Positions 13,605 to 26,176 of a DNA stretch of 45,717 nt are shown here, piece by piece (the stretch's first letter is position 1; each line of letters opens with the position of its first letter). Made by a program: the position numbers and the translations under genes. This stretch comes from Octopus bimaculoides (lineage: Eukaryota), in assembly GCF_001194135.2 (NCBI RefSeq), contig NC_068984.1:37103504-37149220 (forward strand). The letters run 5' to 3'. The notes under the pieces are model-generated. The model did not search any database. It was not told the DNA's origin and saw only the letters and a program-made list of their open reading frames with translations.

Positions 13605-15055
13605 NNNNNNNNNNNNNNNNNNNNNNNNNNNNNNNNNNNNNNNNNNNNNNNNNNNNNNNNNNNNNNNNNNNNNNNNNNNNNNNNNNNNNNNNNNNNNNNN
13701 NNNNNNNNNNNNNNNNNNNNNNNNNNNNNNNNNNNNNNNNNNNNNNNNNNNNNNNNNNNNNNNNNNNNNNNNNNNNNNNNNNNNNNNNNNNNNNNNNNNN
13801 NNNNNNNNNNNNNNNNNNNNNNNNNNNNNNNNNNNNNNNNNNNNNNNNNNNNNNNNNNNNNNNNNNNNNNNNNNNNNNNNNNNNNNNNNNNNNNNNNNNN
13901 NNNNNNNNNNNNNNNNNNNNNNNNNNNNNNNNNNNNNNNNNNNNNNNNNNNNNNNNNNNNNNNNNNNNNNNNNNNNNNNNNNNNNNNNNNNNNNNNNNNN
14001 NNNNNNNNNNNNNNNNNNNNNNNNNNNNNNNNNNNNNNNNNNNNNNNNNNNNNNNNNNNNNNNNNNNNNNNNNNNNNNNNNNNNNNNNNNNNNNNNNNNN
14101 NNNNNNNNNNNNNNNNNNNNNNNNNNNNNNNNNNNNNNNNNNNNNNNNNNNNNNNNNNNNNNNNNNNNNNNNNNNNNNNNNNNNNNNNNNNNNNNNNNNN
14201 NNNNNNNNNNNNNNNNNNNNNNNNNNNNNNNNNNNNNATATATATATATATATATGTACATTTGTTGTTATATATACGCACTTACATACATACATACATA
14301 CAAACATACATATATGCATACGTGCATACAAATATGCATTACACAACCACATGGGAAACAACTTTTCGTTCTGACATACATTAAAAAGTATGACTATATT
14401 GTAGTGTCGAGTATTTGCAGTAGAAATGCATTTGCTCATTTTAACAGTAAGCCAGGTCCTGGTATCCTGCGTAATGTTGCTGAATAAGCAGTTAACATGA
14501 AGTAGGCAATTTATTTTCATGATAATTTCATCTTTGTTCATATTAACGAGGATGTTACTTTTATCATTTGCGTTACTTATCAGTATTTGTAGAGTTAGCT
14601 TGCCATTCGTATTAAGAGAAGTATTCATTGTGTTGTTGTCGAAGTTTGTTTGTTTTTTTACTTAAATTTGTCTTCCAATTTAGGATCAATATGTATTGTA
14701 CTTCCATTTCTATGGTTGTTGAAAGACTAGAATAATTCAAGTCGTTCCGCTTCAACTAGAAGTTTGTCATAAGATTTAAGCGTGGTATTTGATCAGTGTA
14801 CAGTCGAGAGAAACTGAGACGAGCAATCGAGGGAAAATTGGAGGTGCAATCGAGATAAAGATTACTCAACATATAGAGTGAAGTTAATTTACCCAAAAAG
14901 CTAATATAACATTTCTTCATACAAGCAGCCGATAAGGCAACTACTCCTGAACCATAGCAAACAGCGAGAAAGCGAGTAGCACTACTGTGGTTCATCAGCA
15001 TTTTTTGGGTGTATTACATACTTGCATATTTATACACATGTATATTTATATATGC

Positions 15056-15087
<32 letters not shown>

Positions 15088-15476
15088 NNNNNNNNNNNNN
15101 NNNNNNNNNNNNNNNNNNNNNNNNNNNNNNNNNNNNNNNNNNNNNNNNNNNNNNNNNNNNNNNNNNNNNNNNNNNNNNNNNNNNNNNNNNNNNNNNNNNN
15201 NNNNNNNNNNNNNNNNNNNNNNNNNNNNNNNNNNNNNNNNNNNNNNNNNNNNNNNNNNNNNNNNNNNNNNNNNNNNNNNNNNNNNNNNNNNNNNNNNNNN
15301 NNNNNNNNNNNNNNNNNNNNNNNNNNNNNNNNNNNNNNNNNNNNNNNNNNNNNNNNNNNNNNNNNNNNNNNNNNNNNNNNNNNNNNNNNNNNNNNNNNNN
15401 NNNNNNNNNNNNNNNNNNNNNNNNNNNNNNNNNNNNNNNNNNNNNNNNNNNNNNNNNNNNNNNNNNNNNNNNNNNN

Positions 15477-15528
<52 letters not shown>

Positions 15529-18073
15529 AAAACACACGTATAAATACATGTATATTTAAAATCAAATTTGTGTATATAAAAAATTCGAGTCTTTTAACTT
15601 GTGCATGTGCGTGCTTATGTGTGAGTGAATGCGTACGTATGCACGTAGGAACGTGTAAGTATTTGCTTGCTGATATATATGCGTGTGAAATCGTGCATAC
15701 CTTCATAAGCAACGTATAAATGGTTGCTCTTATACATTTTGCAATAGGTCTTTCTCTAAAATTAAAATGCGAAACAATGAAATCAATGAGCCAGGATTTA
15801 ACTATTAACCAATTTTAATATGTCTGACGGCTTTTGTTTCCCTTAATATATTCCTAATATATGATTAATATATTCAATACCATGCATATATTGTTAAAAC
15901 TTATAAGAAAGTTTTATCATACTTAATCTCCCACTACCACACTTTGCATATACATTTAGCTATTTTGTTTATTTTTATATATTGTGTTTATGGTTACTGT
16001 CAGAACTTTTATCTAGTAGTAAATAGCTATGTGTGAGATTGAAATTACCGTTGTTAGAGAAACTAGGAAATGTTACAAATGTTTAAATCGTGTAACTGAT
16101 CAACAAATAGCCTTAATTATGATAAATTTACTCTCTACAGTGTTTTCCTTCCCGTAACTTATTTATGTTATTGCACCAAAATAGCATAACAGATTACATC
16201 TTGTGTACCTGTGTGTGCGTGTGTTTGTGTGTGAGTCTGTGTGTCTGTGTGTCTGTGTGTGTTGAAATATATTTGGTCGTTTCACAGGCAATCATTTATT
16301 ATTTATGTTAGTTATGTTAAGAAATGGTATTTGGGGTGAGAAAGCATAAATTTCAATAACTAGTTAACTTGTTGTCTTACATAACGGAAAACACACCTGT
16401 TTACCCGTTTAGCAGGGCAGCATATTTGAAAGAAACGATCTTTACATAAGATGCTATGTATATTACTGCAGCAATCGTTTCTAAATTGGAATACATGTCC
16501 TGGTTTAATTTCCTAATTATTCCCAGTGTTTTCATATGATGTTTTTGGCAAATGTTACCTTCATTGGCAACCCGCATACTCTTCTCCGTAAAATTCAGTG
16601 ACCTCTCATTCGAATGTAATGTCCATTATCATTAAAAGCAAAGTACTAATTATAATTATCACTCTTCTTTAACTCATTTTATCCCTATTGAATACATAGA
16701 TTATAAAAGTAAGCTGGATACTCTGTGTTTGGGCAGATGCACAGTTTTGGTTTTGGTTCTCTATTGTACTGAAAGTTATTTTAAGTAATATGTTACAGTG
16801 ACTATTAATAATATTGTCCCACCTTGGTGTTATGATTATGCATTTTTCTGCGTATTTTTTATCACAACCAAGACACCTATTTTTACAAAGATTATTTCTG
16901 CTTCCACTCAATGGAACTTTTTATCTCTATTTCAAGACCAATATATTTTGATATTTTCTTTATTTTGCCAGTATATTTTGTCTTTCTTTGGGATGGTACA
17001 TTAACTTCAAGAAATATCTACTGATTCCGTTTAGTATCACCTGCTATGTTATCAACACTTACTTTGTATATATATACATTACTTGAGAGACTTTGTTGAA
17101 AATATAAGTGCCATCAATTTTCAAGGGTTTTTTTTTTTTATAATGGTTGTAATGTTTTCATTGTATGAAATATCCAGCGTTGTCAGGCCTGTATACATAT
17201 TTCTATCAAGCTTATGTAAAAAGGAATATATGCACATAGAACGGACGGAAACAATATCTTAAGTTATTGGTTTTAACTTTCTATATATTCTGCTGTTATC
17301 CATATTTATCTGCTACATTATAAACTTTTCAGAAATTCAGATGAGAATGTTTTTAGCTGAGAGGCAAACTTACACTGTTTCATATATATACACTGTTTCA
17401 TCTTTTAATCCTCCACATTACAGTCAATGTTAAATTAATTTATCCCATGTTGACCATCTCATGCAAGATCTTTTAGTACCATTTTCTGAGTTTGACGTTT
17501 TATAATTCACTTTCGATTTCGTTTTTAAACTTTTAAGAATTATGTTGCTCTTTCTCAGTTCTCACAAATGTTTCTTACCTTACGTTGCCTTTATTAAAGA
17601 AAGCAAACAGAATCTTGTTGTGTGTCGTTCGTATATTTCAGCTACTTGTATTTGTTTTCCTTCGCATTTTAGTAAGTATTATTGTAAGTGCACAGTACAT
17701 ATTTTGTAACAAATTGTTTATAGTTTCTGAAGACCTCTACAGTATTTCAGTGTTGTCTTTTGAATAGTATATACTAAATGAAGTCATTATTCTTTTTGTC
17801 TTCCTGTCTAGTTTCACTAATTCACCTAGCTTCCAGTCATAAATTTATTATTAGAACAGCTAGTTTATTGATGATTATCGCCTCAAGTTTGGCATTTAGC
17901 TCTATATAGCTTATAGACACATTAACCTAATGTCGCAATGAAATTGTTTATTAACATTTTTCTTTTATTTGTGTATTATATTTTATCTAGTTCATTAATT
18001 ATTAAGTTTTTCTAAATCTGTGTTACTTTTACCTCTGTTGGTTTATATAACATTGTATTAATGATTATTATTA

Positions 18074-18231
18074 ACATTATTTACATTATTTACATTTGAC
18101 GGATATTTGTCATCATCTTGTTTGTTCTTAACACAACGTTTCGGCTGATACACTCTCCAGCCTTCATCAGGTGTCTTGGGGAAATTTCGAACTTGCGTTC
18201 TCATTCCTAAGGTATTTTTCGATGTTGGTGT
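18074..18231 (-). mobile_element. PLE-like terminal repeat carrying a minimal hammerhead motif; left arm of inverted repeat
   Basis: The reverse complement aligns at roughly 90% to 18591-18748. Confidence 0.7.
18130..18175 (-). ncRNA. Minimal type I hammerhead ribozyme motif (PLE-type)
   Basis: Minus strand: gacac-CUGAUGA-a-ggcug[gagaguguau]cagcc-GAAA-cg-U-U-guguu. Stem I has 5 bp, stem II has 5 bp, and stem III is reduced to the palindrome ACGU. There is one extra A after the first core box. Confidence 0.65.
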
Positions 18232-18284
18232 TATTATTATTATTATTTTTATTATTAATATTATTATTGTTATTATTATTATTT

Positions 18285-18372
<88 letters not shown>

Positions 18373-18386
18373 CATTATTATTATTA
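18232..18386. repeat. (ATT)n microsatellite, complementary to (AAT)n at 18491-18590
   Basis: Directly visible. Confidence 0.98.
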
Positions 18387-18413
18387 CGCCCGGATACAGT
18401 ACCTGGCGCCCAC

Positions 18414-18484
18414 GGGCATATGGCGTAGTGGCTAAGAGCGCGGGCTACTAACCCCAAGATTCCGAGTTCCATTCCAGGCACTGA

Positions 18485-18490
<6 letters not shown>
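18414..18490 (+). mobile_element. Short tRNA-derived SINE head with (AAT)n tail (family B)
   Basis: A box TGGCGTAGTGG at 18421-18431, B-box-like GTTCCATTCC at 18466-18475, then (TAA)n from 18491. Confidence 0.75.
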
Positions 18491-18562
<72 letters not shown>

Positions 18563-18590
18563 TAATAATAACGATAATAATAATAACAAG

Positions 18591-18748
18591 AACAACAACA
18601 TCGAAAAATACCTTAGGAATGAGAACCTAAGTTCGAAATTTCCCCAAGACACCTGATGAAGGTGGGAGAGTATTTCAGCTGAAACGTTGTGTTAACAACA
18701 AAAAGATTTGGACAAATATCAGTCAAATGTAAATAATGTAAATAATGT
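18591..18748 (+). mobile_element. PLE-like terminal repeat; right arm of inverted repeat
   Basis: aacaacatcgaaaaataccttaggaatgagaac...gtcaaatgtaaataatgtaaataatgt is the reverse complement of 18074-18231 with scattered mismatches. Confidence 0.7.
18648..18693 (+). ncRNA. Minimal type I hammerhead motif, stem II weakened
   Basis: gacac-CTGATGA-a-ggtgg[gagagtattt]cagct-GAAA-cg-T-T-gtgtt. The core is intact; stem II has two G-U pairs and one mismatch. Confidence 0.55.
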
Positions 18749-20368
18749 ACATAATTTCTCATCTCTTGAATATAGAACTGGATTATTATTAAATTTTACC
18801 CTATGACGATTGCTTTAGTGCAATTTCACATCAACCTTTGTACTAAATTTATGCCCAGCGTGTGACAGCCTTTCTCGTTCTTTGTGGCAGTGTTTGTATT
18901 CAAGTCCAGCCTGGTTCAACATGTTAATTAAAGATATTAATGCCATGGTAAAGTGTAGTACATGAACAGATTTCTCATAGAACATTGTTCTTTTAAAAGG
19001 AATGCCATGAGTTTTAATAATTCATTCCCACGTTATACACTAATGGAATGGCTTATGTAACTTCAAATTTGTACTGCCATTTTACTCAGAGCTAATTTTT
19101 TCCACAACCCACAACTGGAAAGCACAATCAAAATTCTTCTGCAAATTAACCCCTAATTACCCCCTACGTCGTATTCGTTTATTGATATGACATGTCTAAG
19201 TATTTGTTTTTCTTTTACTTCCAGAATTTCTTTTTATTAATAGACATTTTAATTAGCTGGGTTCATTTTTTGGTTAAGAGAGATACCTCTCTTTCAATTC
19301 GATAGATCATTCAGCTTTATGCAAGGACCTTTTACATACATTTACTTTTTAGAGGATGTGTAAGTCAAACAAGTATTTACATTAATCGATATCCACTGAA
19401 TATTCTGTTTTCTTCTAGTTTCCTTATTGTTTCTTTATTTGCTATTATAGACATTCTGTTAAATACTTTTCATCTGTTATGGCGTATATTTTATTTTGTT
19501 TATTCTTAAATGAAGTGTCATGGATATAGTTCTATTGTTGCTGTGTATTTAGTTGAATGTTTGCATTGGGACCACTTTGAACTTCATCAACACTTTGAAT
19601 TTTAGTCCGTTGCTTGTGACTGTTTTTGTTTTGCTTTCATGCCATGTTTGTTGTATGTATGGGTTCTGTAGCATTTTCAATCGTTTTTCTATGTTTTTTG
19701 TAACATGTTCGGGGGGGGGGGGTTCAGGGCATATTTATTGTATATGTGGTCGTTTCTGCTGCTTTCCTTTTATTTTACGGAGTTCTTTATGTTTTATACG
19801 CGGTGCATTTGATGAGAGTTCGCATTTGGTTTGCGGTAGATAATCTTTCTCATGAGTACTATGTTTTATATATTCCGCGTGTATTCTTTCTATAGGCTTC
19901 TCCATTCCTATTCAATGTTTGAGCTTCTATATATTGTTTATTACAAATTTTTGTACATTCGTAAATTGTTCCCATTCGTATTTTTCTTTCATTTCTGCGT
20001 TTGCTTTCCTCCACAACTCATACACTTCTTTCATAGTGTTCGGTGTAATGTTGATATGTAATGGCAATGTAACACATATACGTAGTGTTCTTAGTCCAAA
20101 ATTAAAAGAGTTTTAATTTTGTTTTATTTTGGACAGTATAAATGAGATAGTTAACGTTGAAAGAAGACACTACATGTTATGCTTTTTGTTTTTTGCATTT
20201 AAATCACATTAAATTCAAGCTACAAAAGTCATTATACGTCATGACTCGAACAGCCATGCTTTGTTGATTATTGATTTATCCATGGATGCAGCTGTACTGA
20301 TATTAAATGGCGTTAGAATTAAGTTCGTTTTGTTTGAATTAACACATTTTTCTTCTTTGTCTTCTTGT

Positions 20369-20370
<2 letters not shown>

Positions 20371-20429
<59 letters not shown>

Positions 20430-20435
20430 TTACTC

Positions 20436-20518
<83 letters not shown>
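20371..20518. repeat. Inverted microsatellite (TAA)n-gttactc-(TTA)n
   Basis: (TAA)n at 20371-20428, 7-nt spacer, (TTA)n at 20436-20518. Confidence 0.95.
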
Positions 20519-20902
20519 TGCTGATATTGTTCAGACGTCTTGCTCAGAGAATTCGCAATGATTTGAAGAAGAACTGACGGAATTAATGTTTATTTCTTTT
20601 CAGGGCTCATTTGTTGCTTATTATAATCCAGAAACCGACTCTAAGTGTTAAAAAAAGACAGTTACCATATAGAAATAAGGGTTTAATAAATTATTATACA
20701 TAAATATCTATGAACACATATACAAACAATTGACAGTAAAAAAGAAAACAATTAATCAAATTCCAACAAAAATAGACATGACATAGCTAACAATAGGTTT
20801 GGCCCACTACAAGAAAACAACACTACNNNNNNNNNNNNNNNNNNNNNNNNNNNNNNNNNNNCATGCGCTTACTTTGACAGAAAAAGTATGGTAAGAGATA
20901 AT

Positions 20903-21045
20903 GCTTTCTACTATAAGCACAAGACCTGAAATTTCGTGGGAAGTTGGTAGTCGATTACATCAACGCCGTGCTCGTTGTCATCGAAACGATGAAAGGCAAA
21001 GTTGATCTTGATGGAATTCGAACTCAAAATGTGTGGACGGAAGAG
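20903..21045 (-). mobile_element. Degenerate SINE, family C
   Basis: ctttctactataagcacaagacctgaaattt...gatgaaaggcaaagttgatcttgatggaattcgaactca is homologous to 25636-25827 and 34787-34996. Confidence 0.75.
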
Positions 21046-22399
21046 GCCCTAAATATAGAACATGCGACGTAAAGAACTTAATCATAGCAGTAGATTTTGC
21101 TCATAATCCATCACAGAGTCGCACTGCAGGAACAGTGCGCACTGTAGGAACAAATAATGTATCTGTGCATTGCTAAGCCCACGGATGTTTTTCTATTTCT
21201 ACACACAAAAAGATGAAAACATTCCTACCTGATAACACTTGAAATACATCACAACGATTTCTCTATGATCCAATTCAAAGGAAATAGAAAATATCGTAGA
21301 TGTAGGTTGATAGATATTGTGAGTTCTTGCGAGAAATTTAGTCAAGGAAGAGCAAATAATAAACTACATCAAATTACTAGAAATGTTTCTTATGCCTTCT
21401 GCAAAGGAAATTGAGAACGCCCTGGCAGATGTTTTGCAAGTTGCGTGCACCCTAATGCTGCAGGGTCTATTATGTGAATGTTGCAAGCCGAATGTTGTGT
21501 GCACCTACTATCGCCAACAGGAATGCCCCACATTACACGAGTAGGATAGATAAAGTCATTGTGTCTGATATACTGACATGGACATTTGGTTCGCCATCAC
21601 ATTCACGGCATTGCTAAGAGATTCAGGTAAACTCAGATATTACTCGTAACAGCGCGAAAACTGAAAATGGGGACGGTGTATACTGAGACAGATAGCGCCA
21701 CTTTGCGAGAAATTTATCCAACGCAGGGCAGCAAGGAGAGTAACACATTTCAGTGTTTACAAAAACACAGGAACAAGTATACTTTCCATACACCATCAGA
21801 AAAAAGGAGCCGGAGAGAGTCCAAGTAGACTTGTTGCTCTGTTCGTTTGTAGTATATGTATGAGTGTGTGTGCGTGGGTGCGGGCGTGTTTGACAAGGTA
21901 TACAGAAGGATTGGACAGCAAGACATTAGCCGGTGAAGCACAGTTTGTCACCAGGGACCTGACCGCTGAAATATTTCATTTTCTTGTCGTAACGTTTGCA
22001 TAATACAAGCAGGTGTTTAACACAGAAATAACCAGTAAAACATCAGATTCAGTAACATCTACATTGCTATTCATATCCTAATGATACTCCAAGATCACAA
22101 AATTATTCCAAGAATTGCACTCAATTTTACGATTACAATAAATGTGCAAGAGAATGATTAAAAATTAAAGAGGACGGCAGGTAGGAACTGATACTGTGCC
22201 AACAGAAGGTGCAAGAAGCACGGTTACTACAGTTGTTGTTATAGCAAGAGCAGTCCCAAATTTTTCTCGGTACTGTATTGTGCTAGATTTTTTTTTTTCT
22301 CTTGAGGTGTGGTGCCGTCCTTTGTTGTTCTACTGCTTGTATTGTGTGGTGAGTGTGTAATGAATTGGTTATCTATCTTGCTGGTGGAAGTTTATTTAA

Positions 22400-23880
22400 C
22401 TGTAAAATTGCTGTATACACGTTGTCTTATGGCTGTTGGGTGTTTTGTGTAAGTTGTATTATTGGATATATAGTGTCTTCCATAGGATGTGGGCTGTTCC
22501 TAGCACGACAATTTTTTGGAAAGTTTGTAGTGTTGAGGTTCCAGGTGTAGCTTCTATACTTTTGTTCATATGCGTTTTTTATCATTCCCAATGCTCCAGT
22601 TATTATTGGCATTGTTTTTACTTTCATGCCTCACATCTTGAATACTTCATTTTGTAGGACTTTGTACTTTGACAATTTCTCCACTTCTTTTTTGACCATA
22701 TGTGGTTCACCTTGTCCACACAATAGCATATGTGGTGCACCTTGTCCATCACTACTAGGTTCTGTCTGTTATGCACCTAATCTGTTTGGTTTGGGAAATC
22801 CCAGAGGATTTTGCAAGTCTCCGACTCCGCTACTCTCTGCGGTTTGTGCTCATACCACGCCTTGCCTCCCTCTAGCCCCCACTTTCTGTTCAGTTTCCAG
22901 ATGTAGCACTTTCGCTACCTGATCGTGTCGCCACAAGTTGTAGTGATTTTGGGCAAGTGTGGAGTATCCGTTTGTGATATGAGCAATAGTTTTATCCACT
23001 CCATTACACATGCAGCACAACGGAGGCACTTGCTAATTCCTAAGGTTGACTTTCCAGTTCGTGACCAAAGCTTGGTCCTGCGCTGCCAGTATAGTGCTCT
23101 CGGTATCTTTTTTAGTATTCCTTTCATCAGCCAATCCCACCAATCGTTTCCAACTGCCTCTGTTGTGGCTACATGGAATTGATTGTGTAATCCTTCTTGC
23201 GTAATTCTTCTTTATGTCCTTTTGTACTTCTTCCTTTGTTTTTGTTTTCCTCTGCTTTCAATACTCACTCGTTCCTAACTGTCACTAGCAAACTTTCTTT
23301 ACTTTGGGCTGGGTATCTCTTAAAGCCTTCGAGTTGGATACGTACACAGTCTTCTTCACTTATCAGTACTCTTCCTCCATTTCCTCGCTTCATGTATAGG
23401 CGATCAGTGTCTGCAGGTGGATGATGGGCTCCACGCATCGTTAGGAGCTTTCTTCACTTCATGTCCATCTCAATTAGCTCCTCCTCTGTCCACTTCAGGG
23501 TTCCAACGCTATACCGAACTACTATCACAGCGCCCGAATTTATTTCCGAAATTATGTTTCTGGCATTTAGCTTTGAAGCCAGTATTTTTCTTACTCGCTG
23601 CAGGTACACTCTTTTTGTCTTTTCCCTCATGTCGTTGTGTTTAATACCATCTGTCTCAAGTATTCCCAAGTATTTATAGCTAAATAGAGTTTAAACTGTC
23701 TTCATTTCACCACTTGGCAATCATATGTCTTCTGCCCTGACAAGCTTTCCTCGACTCATTACCATCGTTTCACATTTTAAGAGACCAAATTCCATCTTAA
23801 TATCATTCGAGAAAATCCCCACAGACTGGACGAGGCTGTCCGGTTCTGCCTCTATTTTTGCGAATAACTTCAAGTCGTAT
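22400..23880 (-). mobile_element. Decayed non-LTR retrotransposon, RLE-type (R4/Dong-like), 5'-truncated at the RT DD motif
   Basis: YDLKLFAK...GIFSNDIKMEFGLLKC, KYLGILETDGIKH, zinc-knuckle remnant CCMCNGVDKTIAHITNGYSTLAQNHY..RHDQVA, KILWDFPNQTD*VHNRQNLVVMDK, and KTMPIITGALG. Frameshifted. Confidence 0.9.
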
Positions 23881-24540
23881 TTTTTTCTGTACCTTTGTAT
23901 GTTATGCGCATGTCCTTTCTTTTTCAGTGTATGCCGTGTATACTTACTCTTTTTTTTTCATTCTGTATCTTTGAATAGGGTCTTAGGCTCGGTTTAATGG
24001 TTACGTGAAGCTTCCAGAGACTGTGCTCAAAACTAAGTTTTAAAGGGTTGCTTCTAGAAGCTATATGTGTAACAGTAACATGTGTCAGGTTCTGGAGCAG
24101 TCTTGAGGCTCTGTTTCCTAGCTGTGTGTGGCTACGTCAGCAAACTGCTATCTCTCAACTACAGCTGGTTGATACTTTTTGATTTTTTTAAATACTTTAA
24201 TTTTTGGTTGGGATATTTTGTTTTCTTTTCCTTTCATACAAACTGTCGAATTTAGCCTGAACACCCTGTATGAGTTATGATTTTTTATTGTTGTTCCGTT
24301 GGTGTTATCGAGTTGTATTAATGACAAAGGGAACACAGAATCAGAAAATTACCAGGAGAAATATATTGTGGTAGGTAGATACGGCACTTTACTTTCCGCA
24401 TTAAAACCTCGCTTGTATCAGCTTTATATTTCATCATACCAGGGTCGCTATAATGATTCACAGCCATGAACTGGGGGACGAGCTATTTTAGTGGCAACGA
24501 CCTTCTAAAATCATGATTTTGCGCCTAAATCAGAAGTTAT

Positions 24541-24606
<66 letters not shown>

Positions 24607-24607
24607 A
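24541..24607. repeat. (AGT)n microsatellite
   Basis: Directly visible. Confidence 0.98.
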
Positions 24608-25635
24608 TATAATCCCCAGTTATTATGAACTACACCAAAGAACTGGTTACGAGACTACAGCGAAATTCTGAAAAGGTGGCAGACATATATCTAGTAAGTC
24701 ATATGAGGAATCGCCATATTCTATATCGATAGCACACTCATAAAAGTTTTAAACATCTTATTCAGAATATTTACAATGTATAATCAGCAATGAGAATGTA
24801 TGTATCTTAGCTGTTCTTTCATTAAATCAAAATTTTCATTAGGGATATAATTAGATATAGGAATCTATTGACTTAAACGCAACTTAATCTATACGATGAG
24901 ATCAGCTTATTAAAACTCACACAGAATTACTCGTATTGTAATAAATTGGATGAAATAAGAGGCAATTTAATCTTGCAATTAGTGTCTCGTTAAATGTGTT
25001 CAGTAATAGAAATAAGTGAAGCGTGATTAAAGTTTATTTTACTCAAGGGAAATGCATGACAATTCTCTGCAAATTTAATATCATATACTCAAACTCTAAT
25101 CATGGTTTCAAAACGTGATTTAAGTTAACTCTAAGCACACAATTTGGATTTAACTCACCAATATTACTAAACAGATCGTCATAACAATAAAATTACAATC
25201 AAATAATGAATTTAAAGATATATCACCAAGTTATTTCAATATACCAGCCACTTCGGTGGTCTGACAATCATGAAGAACCAGGTGCGAATATTAGGATTCG
25301 AAATGCAATCTCGAATCATTTTTTATCTAGACTTATTTTTTACAGAGTTTAAGTTCATAAATGTGGTTGAAAAAAATTATGTTTGATTTGCGATCGTAAA
25401 AGTATATATGTCAATACACAACTCATTTGGAGGATAAAGTTTTAGGCTGATACGATAGAAACATATTAGAATGATCATTCCATGAACCACAGAAATATTT
25501 TATATTACATGCTTTTTATAGTATAGATTCATGAAGAGTGTACAGTTTATTCAGTTGACTAGTCACCCCAAGAACGTAGTGCTCGCAAAATGATTGTTGC
25601 TACAGTTAATATGCTGTAGAGTTGTGCATCCAATT

Positions 25636-25827
25636 GCTTTTCTACTCTATGCACAAGGCCTGAAAATTTTGCGGTGGGGGCCAGTACGCAACTGGTACTT
25701 AATTTATCGACCCCGAAAGGATGAAAGGCAAAGTCGACCTCGGCGGAATTTGAACTCGGAATGTAGACAGACGAAATACAGCTAAGCATTTCGTCCAGCG
25801 TGCTAATTTTTATTCCAGCTCGCCGCC
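25636..25827 (-). mobile_element. tRNA-derived SINE, family C
   Basis: The minus strand starts ggcggcgagctggaat..., with B-box-like gagttcaaattcc, then gccgaggtcgactttgcctttcatcctttcggggtcgataaattaagtaccagt. Confidence 0.9.
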
Positions 25828-26176
25828 TTGTTGTGTCGCCAATTAATTGGATCATAACTGCAGCTGAGGTGGGTGCATGTTGTAAGATAATTCTGAAAAC
25901 ACAGTAGAGGTACTGGGAATCTAAAAAAAAATATGTTATCAATCTTACGCAATTTCACATTAATATTGGATAAATCTTGATTCAGCGGTCCTAAAGCAAC
26001 AACAATACTATTATTAATTTTTGACTTTTATTAACAAGATCTTATTTGTCATTATCAAATTGACGTTAGTTCTAATTTATTTATCACATTTGGTGAAATT
26101 TCTTTAGTATTTTTCAGGAACTGCCCTTCCATTTTCAACAAGTCAACTAGATAAGCATAAGAGAATTAATCTCTTC

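Noticed and set aside
14756-15001. Purine-rich, coding-looking stretch
   Set aside because: Stops in all plus frames and no recognisable motif; it may be an old transposon fragment.
18414-18490. tRNA gene
   Set aside because: A/B boxes are present, but there is no acceptor stem or cloverleaf and it ends in an (AAT)n tail; treated as a SINE head.
21440-21620. Possible third Tc1/maT fragment (QQ.NAPHYTSR-like after a frameshift)
   Set aside because: Needs several assumed indels and has no TIR; too weak to list as a feature.
25288-25320. Hairpin gattcga/tcgaatc
   Set aside because: An isolated 7-bp stem with no ribozyme core or other context; expected by chance.
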